Both the position numbers and the translations under genes were made by a program. The notes beneath the pieces were generated by a model. The model was not told the origin of the DNA. It worked only from the letters and a program-made list of their open reading frames with translations, and did no database searches. Below, piece after piece: positions 58,655-64,000 of a stretch of 64,000 nucleotides of DNA (position 1 is its first letter; each line of letters begins with the position of its first letter). The stretch lies in contig JBBRPR010000013.1 in the NCBI GenBank assembly GCA_038227875.1, forward strand, positions 64,001 to 128,000, given 5' to 3'. Source of the stretch: Planctomycetota bacterium (GTDB lineage: Bacteria > Planctomycetota > SZUA-567 > H5-PLA8).

Positions 58655-59608
58655 ATGCCCAGCAGCGCGGTTTTCGAATACGACAACGCCTTCGCCCGCA
58701 ACCTCGGGTTGGTCAACGTTGATGAACAGTCCCGCCTGCGCCAGACCCGCGTCGGCTTGCCGGGACTAGGCGGCGTCGGCGGTGCGCATCTGCAGGCGCT
58801 GGCCCGCATGGGCATCGGGGCGTTTCATCTCGCCGATCCGGATACGTTCGACGTCGTCAACATGAATCGCCAGCTCGGCGCGTCGATGAACACCGTCGGA
58901 CGCTCCAAGGCGGAAGTCGTCGGCGAATCCTTGAAGACCATCAATCCCGACGCGCAGGTCGAACTCTTCCGCGACGGCATCAACGCACAGAACATCGATG
59001 CTTTCTTGGATGGCGTCGACGTCGTCGTCGATGGACTGGAGTTCTTCCGCATCGAAACGCGGCGCATGCTCTACCGCGCCTGTCGCGAACGCGGCATTCC
59101 GGTCGTCAACGCCGGCCCGATCGGCTTTGGCGCGGCAGTGCTGGTCTTCATGCCCAACGCGATGTCCTTCGACGAATACTTCCGCATCAACGACGCGATG
59201 ACCCGCGCCGAACAGTTGCTCGCGATGGCGCTGGGACTGGCGCCCGGCCTGGTCAGCGATGTCGATCCCGCGCGCGTCGACGTGGAGAACGAGAAGGGCC
59301 CCGCCCTCGCATCGGCCTGCTTTCTCTGCGCCGCCGCCGCTGCGACGGAAGTGCTCAAGCTGGTCTGCGGTCGAGGACGGGTCACCGCCGCGCCGCGCGG
59401 CATCTACTACGATCCATATCGCGGCAAAACCGTCCGCCTCCGCCCGCGACCCGCGTTGACCTCCAGCCTGCGCGGCCGGGTCCTGCGCTGGATGAGCTTC
59501 CGCCGCTTTCCCGCTTTCCGCACCATGCACGAGCGTGAATTGCTCGAGCGCAAAAACATTCGCCAGCTGGATCTCGAGGCTGCCTCCCATGCCGCGCCAA
59601 CGGTCTGA
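58655..59608 (+). CDS. ThiF-family adenylyltransferase (non-canonical, no Zn CxxC), copy 2
   Basis: FEYDNAFARNLGLV..EQ.RL, GLGGVGG, ADPDTFDVVNMNRQ, SKAEV, VVVDGLEFF, AGPIGFG, MSFDEYF, GPALASAC. Confidence 0.9.
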   Translation: MPSSAVFEYDNAFARNLGLVNVDEQSRLRQTRVGLPGLGGVGGAHLQALARMGIGAFHLADPDTFDVVNMNRQLGASMNTVGRSKAEVVGESLKTINPDAQVELFRDGINAQNIDAFLDGVDVVVDGLEFFRIETRRMLYRACRERGIPVVNAGPIGFGAAVLVFMPNAMSFDEYFRINDAMTRAEQLLAMALGLAPGLVSDVDPARVDVENEKGPALASACFLCAAAAATEVLKLVCGRGRVTAAPRGIYYDPYRGKTVRLRPRPALTSSLRGRVLRWMSFRRFPAFRTMHERELLERKNIRQLDLEAASHAAPTV

Positions 59609-59843
59609 AAAAGAAGTCGATGAACTGATCGCGCTCGCGCGCACGTACTGCGAAATTCGCGCGCGATTGAACGATGCCCCTGCCGATTGGCCGGCCGACG
59701 AACGCACGCGCGCGCACCTCGCCCAGCTCGACGAGAAAATCGCGCTGCTGAACAGCTACAGCGAGCTGGACCGCAAGAAGGCCCGCGCCATCCGCAACAC
59801 CAACATCGTCCAATTGCATCGCACCCGGAGGGCGGCCCGATGA
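59589..59843 (+). CDS. Small coiled-coil hypothetical protein (~84 aa)
   Basis: Overlaps the ThiF 3' end and is ATGA-coupled to the nitroreductase; coding-like codon usage; start uncertain. Confidence 0.6.
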   Translation: MPRQRSEKEVDELIALARTYCEIRARLNDAPADWPADERTRAHLAQLDEKIALLNSYSELDRKKARAIRNTNIVQLHRTRRAAR

Positions 59844-60910
59844 ACGTCATGGAATGCATTCCGCACGTGGCCGCGCCGACACTGCAAAAATGCCTGGCCG
59901 CCGCCGTGCGCGCGCCGTCCGGCGACAACACACAGCCCTGGCGTTTTGAAACGGATGACTCCGCTGGACGCATTTCCGTATTCATCGACGAAACGCGCGA
60001 TTCATCGCCGATGAACTGCGGGCAGACCATGTCGCGCATGGCCTGCGGCGCGGCGGTGGAAAACATCCTGATCCAGGCCGCCGCGGATGGCTGGGCCGCC
60101 TCCGTGGAAGAAGGCTTCGGCAACCACGTCGCCACGATTCAGCTCGATCAGGAATCGCCGCTGAGCCCCGTCACCCGCCAGACGCTGAACGCCATATACA
60201 ATCGCGTCAGCAACCGCCGCCTTTACGACGCCAGGCCCGTGGATCCGCTTGTGCTCTCCACGCTGAATGAATCGACCCCGCTCCTCGACGACGTCCGCAC
60301 GCATTGGTGCACCGAACGCAGCCGCATCAACACGCTTGCGCCGATCATTGGCGCGGCCGACGGCATTCTGTTTGGCGAAAGTTCAATGCGCAATGCCTTC
60401 CTCGCCAACGTCCGCTTCGATCGTCCGGTGAATGAAGAAGTCGACTCCGGTCTTTCGCTGGCGTCGCTGGAGCTCTCCCTGCCTGACCGCGCCGCCATGC
60501 GCATGATGAGTCATATTCCCAGCGTGGTGCTGAAAGCCACCGGCGCTTCGCGTCTCTTCAACCTGCACGCGCGGAAGCTGATCAAGAGCGCCTCCGGCGT
60601 TTGCGCGATCTCTGTTCCAGAAGCACACACGTCGTATTTCCAGGCCGGCCGAGCCCTCCAGCGGGCATGGCTGGTGCTCACGGAACTGGGCTTCGCCGTG
60701 CAGCCGATGATGTCCCTAATGGTCTTGCTGAATGCACTGCATCACGGATCGTCGCAACTGAAGGTGGCACTAGGCACTAAGCGGATAATTGAATTAGCAG
60801 CACAATTTGACACAGCAATTCCGGAATTCACCTGCAGAAAACCCCTGTTCCTGCTACGCTTTGGATACGCCAAATCACCGAGCGGACGGACAGGGCGATT
60901 GCAACCATGA
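59840..60910 (+). CDS. Nitroreductase-superfamily flavoprotein (double-domain, Acg/TyzC-like)
   Basis: AAVRAPSGDNTQPWRF, ACGAAVENI, IYNRVSNRRLY, AGRALQRAWL..TELGFAVQPM, LLRFGY. Confidence 0.85.
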   Translation: MNVMECIPHVAAPTLQKCLAAAVRAPSGDNTQPWRFETDDSAGRISVFIDETRDSSPMNCGQTMSRMACGAAVENILIQAAADGWAASVEEGFGNHVATIQLDQESPLSPVTRQTLNAIYNRVSNRRLYDARPVDPLVLSTLNESTPLLDDVRTHWCTERSRINTLAPIIGAADGILFGESSMRNAFLANVRFDRPVNEEVDSGLSLASLELSLPDRAAMRMMSHIPSVVLKATGASRLFNLHARKLIKSASGVCAISVPEAHTSYFQAGRALQRAWLVLTELGFAVQPMMSLMVLLNALHHGSSQLKVALGTKRIIELAAQFDTAIPEFTCRKPLFLLRFGYAKSPSGRTGRLQP

Positions 60911-62052
60911 TGAGTATTGGATGGCGGAATTTGAAGCGCGATCCCTGGCGCGCGGCCGTCGCCGTGCTCGGGGTTGTCTTCGCTGTCGTCCTGGTCACTG
61001 TCGAAGTCGGCATGCTCATGGGCCTCGTCCGCAACGCCTCGCTCCTGATCGATCAATCTCGCGCCGATCTCTGGGTCTCCACCGTCGATGTGAAAACCTT
61101 CGACTTCGCCACGCCCGTGGACAACCGCAAGCGCTACCGCATCGCGGCTGTTCCCGGCGTCGATCATGTCGAAGAATTCAATGTCACCTACAGCGTCTGG
61201 AAATTGCCCAGCGGCGGAAACGCCAACTGCCAGGTCATTGCCCTCGACGAACACGGCACCCTCGCCCCGCCCTTGAACCTGATCGAAGGCAGTGTGGAAG
61301 CGCTGCACAACCAGGACGCCGTAATCATCGATAAAGGCGACTGCGCCAAGCTGGGCAACATCCACGTCGGCGACACGGTTGAAATCCTCGAACGCCGCGC
61401 CAGAGTCGTCGGGCTGACGCAGGGCATGAGTTCCTTCACCACCACGCCGTATATTTTCACGTCTCTGCGCCGCGGCGAGCGCTACGGATACCTGACTTCC
61501 GATTCCGGTTCGCCCAGCGGCAAGCAGTCGATTTATTTTCTGGTCAAACTCAGTCCCGGCGCCGATCTCGAAACCGTCCGCAATGCCATCACCTCGGGAA
61601 TTCCCGGCGTCGAAGTTCACACGCGCGAGAGCTTCAGTTACCGCACGCGAAAGTATTGGCTGATCGAGACGGGCGTGGGCCTGGGCTTCCTGGCCGCGGC
61701 CGTGCTGGGCTTGCTCGTCGGCGGCGTGATCGTCTCGCAGATTCTTTACGCCATGACCATGGAAAAACTCCCCGAGTTTGGCGTGATGAAAGCGCTCGGC
61801 GCGGGCATGGGTGAAATCTCCCGCGTCGTCCTCGACCAGGGCCTGATCTGCGGCGGCGTCGGGCTGGTCATCGGAATCGCCTGCAGTTATGGCATCGCCG
61901 CGGCGGCAGCGGCGGCGGGAACCACGGTTGAAATTCCCACTGGACTGCTCATCGGCGTTTCGGTGATCACCGCATTGCTGTGTACGTTTGCGTCCCTGTT
62001 TTCAATTCTCCGCTTACGGCGCGTCGAGCCGGGGATGGTGTTCCGCACATGA
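60907..62052 (+). CDS. ABC transporter permease (FtsX/DevC-like)
   Basis: IGWRNL..D..R, ADLWV, periplasmic domain, QILYA..EFGVMKALGA, VEPGMVFR. Confidence 0.9.
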   Translation: MMSIGWRNLKRDPWRAAVAVLGVVFAVVLVTVEVGMLMGLVRNASLLIDQSRADLWVSTVDVKTFDFATPVDNRKRYRIAAVPGVDHVEEFNVTYSVWKLPSGGNANCQVIALDEHGTLAPPLNLIEGSVEALHNQDAVIIDKGDCAKLGNIHVGDTVEILERRARVVGLTQGMSSFTTTPYIFTSLRRGERYGYLTSDSGSPSGKQSIYFLVKLSPGADLETVRNAITSGIPGVEVHTRESFSYRTRKYWLIETGVGLGFLAAAVLGLLVGGVIVSQILYAMTMEKLPEFGVMKALGAGMGEISRVVLDQGLICGGVGLVIGIACSYGIAAAAAAAGTTVEIPTGLLIGVSVITALLCTFASLFSILRLRRVEPGMVFRT

Positions 62053-62795
62053 CCCCCACAATCTCGGTGCGCTCCGTCTCCAAGCACTACGCAGGCGGCG
62101 AATCCTGGGCCGTCCGCGGCATCTCGCTCTCCGTGTTTCCCGCTGAAGTCACCGTGCTGATGGGACCCTCGGGCAGCGGCAAGACAACGCTGCTCTCCAT
62201 GATCGGCGGCGTCCTTACGCCCACCGAAGGCTCGCTCAGTGTCTGCGGCGTGGAACTCAGCGGCTGCGACGAATCGCAATTGCAGAGCTTCCGGCGCGGC
62301 CAGATCGGTTTCATTTTCCAGAGCTTCAATCTGCTCTCGTCGCTGACCGCGCTGGAAAACATTGAACTGGCGCTTTCCCTGCGCGGCAAAGGACCCTCGA
62401 CTGCCGCGGAACTGCTCGACCATGTCGGCCTGGCCGCCAAAGCGCAGGCGTATCCGATGGAACTGTCCGGCGGACAGCGCCAGCGCATCGGCGTCGCACG
62501 CGCGCTGGCCGGCGATCCTCCGGTGCTCCTGGCCGACGAACCGACCGCCGCGCTCGATGCCTTTCAAGGCCGCCGCGTCATGGATCTGCTCCGCACCCGC
62601 GCCCGTGAATCCGGCACGACGGTGCTGGTCGTCACGCACGATCCGCGTGTCCGTGAATTCGCCGACCGCGTGATCGAGATGGAAGATGGAAAACTCAAGC
62701 GCATCGTCCGCCGCGTGCGGCCGGAGCAGGCTGAGGATGGGCAGTGGTTGGTTTCCCGAACCGGCACGATTGTAGCCGAGACTGCGAGCACCTGA
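62049..62795 (+). CDS. ABC transporter ATP-binding protein (DevA/LolD-like)
   Basis: GPSGSGKTT, IGFIFQSFNL, LSGGQRQR, LLADEPTAALD, VVTHD; ATGA-coupled. Confidence 0.93.
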   Translation: MTPTISVRSVSKHYAGGESWAVRGISLSVFPAEVTVLMGPSGSGKTTLLSMIGGVLTPTEGSLSVCGVELSGCDESQLQSFRRGQIGFIFQSFNLLSSLTALENIELALSLRGKGPSTAAELLDHVGLAAKAQAYPMELSGGQRQRIGVARALAGDPPVLLADEPTAALDAFQGRRVMDLLRTRARESGTTVLVVTHDPRVREFADRVIEMEDGKLKRIVRRVRPEQAEDGQWLVSRTGTIVAETAST

Positions 62796-64000
62796 TGGCC
62801 AAAGAGGCCAAAGAACCCTCCGAGTCCACCCCTGCCGCCGCCCCCCAGGCTGCCGCCCATGATCTCATGGACGCGGAAGCGGCTCGTCAGCTCTTGAAAA
62901 TGCCGGCGGCCAAGTTCGAATTGCTCATCTCCACCGGACAGGTACGCGTCTTCCGTTCCGACGGACAGCCGTGCTTCCGCCGCGAAGACATTGCCGCGCT
63001 GGCCTTGAAGCGACAGGCCGCGCCGGCCAAGAGCGCCGCACCGCGCAAAGTTGCTCCGCCTGCGGCTGCTCCCGCCGCACCGGGCGCATCTGCCGCGAAA
63101 TCCTCTCCGCGCAGTGAAGCCGTGAAACCGCCGGCGTCCAAGGCCACTCCTTCCATTCCCAAGCCTTCTGAACCCGACGATATGGAAGAGGAGGAATTTG
63201 AAGAACCGCCGCCGCCCGCGCCGCGCCAGAAATCACGCGCCGTCTCGCGGTTCCTGTTGCCGGCCGCGATCGTGATCGCGATCATCGCATTCGCCTGGAC
63301 CTTCAACACCGCCAGCAAACACAGCGAGCTGCCGATGGCAGTACCGCCGCCCGCGCCGGGAGCTTTCGCCAATTCGAAGGCGGCACCGGGGCTGATCGAA
63401 TCCGTCTCTGGCGAACGCCCGCTCTCCTTTGAGGTAGGTGGAAAAATTCACGCCGTCCTGGTCGAAGAAGGCCAGTCCGTGAATGTCGGCGATACGATCG
63501 CTGAGCTGGAAAACGCGGACCTGAACGCGAAGCTGAAATCCAGCCAGGCCGATTTAAGCGCCGCCGAGGCGAAGCTGGGCATGCTCAATGGCAATCTCGA
63601 GAGCGATCTCAAGAAATCCGAAAGCGAAGTCGCACGGTTGAAGGCCGAAATACTCCTGCTCGAACCCCGCAAGGAAGACATTGAGCGCGCGCGCGCCGAA
63701 ACGGCCGCAACCGAGGCCGACTGCACGCGCCTGACTGAGGACGCCAAGCGCAACGCCGACATCCATGCTCAGAATACGGGAGCGGTGCCGCAGCAACTCG
63801 TCGATCAGACGAAACGGCTCGCGGAAGCAGCCGCCGCAAAATGCAACGCCTCGAAAGCCCAGCTTCACGCTCTGGAAGCCGGTTCGCGTCCCGAGGAAAA
63901 GGATCGTCTCAGTGCCATGCTCGCGAGCGCCGAAGCCGAAGTCTCCCGCCAGAAAACCACCAGCGCGTATCAAATCCAGTCCGTTCAGGCGCAGGTTGAT
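62795..64000 (+). CDS. HlyD/DevB-like periplasmic adaptor with N-terminal HTH-like domain; runs off the right edge
   Basis: Not in the ORF track. TGATG overlap at 62793-62797; MAKEAKE..LMDAEAARQLLKMPAAKFELLISTGQVRVFRSDGQPCFRREDI, Pro/Ala linker, TM helix, APGLIE..LSFEVGGKIHAVLVEEGQSVNVGDTIAELEN (lipoyl-like), long coiled coil. Confidence 0.85.
   Translation, partial: MAKEAKEPSESTPAAAPQAAAHDLMDAEAARQLLKMPAAKFELLISTGQVRVFRSDGQPCFRREDIAALALKRQAAPAKSAAPRKVAPPAAAPAAPGASAAKSSPRSEAVKPPASKATPSIPKPSEPDDMEEEEFEEPPPPAPRQKSRAVSRFLLPAAIVIAIIAFAWTFNTASKHSELPMAVPPPAPGAFANSKAAPGLIESVSGERPLSFEVGGKIHAVLVEEGQSVNVGDTIAELENADLNAKLKSSQADLSAAEAKLGMLNGNLESDLKKSESEVARLKAEILLLEPRKEDIERARAETAATEADCTRLTEDAKRNADIHAQNTGAVPQQLVDQTKRLAEAAAAKCNASKAQLHALEAGSRPEEKDRLSAMLASAEAEVSRQKTTSAYQIQSVQAQVD

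Noticed and set aside
58655..60910. Possible ThiF-nitroreductase fusion by stop readthrough (both in the same frame, as in OxzB)
   Set aside because: A second in-frame TGA follows at 59621-59623, and the intervening DNA encodes a separate ORF in another frame.
57831..62795. RiPP (microcin C/pantocin-like) interpretation of ThiF + small ORF + ABC exporter
   Set aside because: No RRE-like extension or short precursor is evident, and the FeeM-like acyltransferase plus nitroreductase fits N-acyl amino acid chemistry better; not fully excluded.
1..64000. tRNA/rRNA genes, IS elements, prophage, CRISPR
   Set aside because: None recognised by eye; intergenic gaps are short and no transposase, integrase or repeat-spacer pattern was seen.

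Overview
GC-rich bacterial window, probably Planctomycetota (inferred from membrane-anchored ECF sigma factors with long C-terminal extensions, Ser/Thr kinases, an FHA-sigma54 activator and large secreted repeat proteins). No rRNA, tRNA, CRISPR array or transposase/integrase was recognised. From left to right: the 5' part of a giant secreted repeat adhesin (missed by the ORF track); tam; three small orphan ORFs; a hydrolase/kinase/nadB/FHA-sigma54-activator run; a WecA-like plus O-antigen-ligase-like pair; a USP; two divergent enzyme/AraC modules (GH2, PhyH); a type IV pilus/T2SS-like operon with both PilB/GspE and PilT and three large pilins behind a sigma54-type promoter; a kinase-TPR; STAS; and secreted proteins. 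The most interesting part is 45.3-64 kb, where two outward-facing modules each pair a membrane-anchored ECF sigma factor with a FeeM-like N-acyltransferase and a non-canonical ThiF adenylyltransferase. The right module adds a nitroreductase and a DevBCA-like exporter whose adaptor carries an N-terminal HTH. This enzyme set matches the logic of acyl-oxazolone lipid synthesis (OxzAB/TyzACB). Conserved cis-elements are visible directly in the DNA: a 34-nt motif shared by the two ECF paralogs, a mirror pair of GCGCACAT-N15-CGGTAAC promoters, and a DosR/NarL-type palindrome. All product calls come from motif recognition by eye; no database searches were run.
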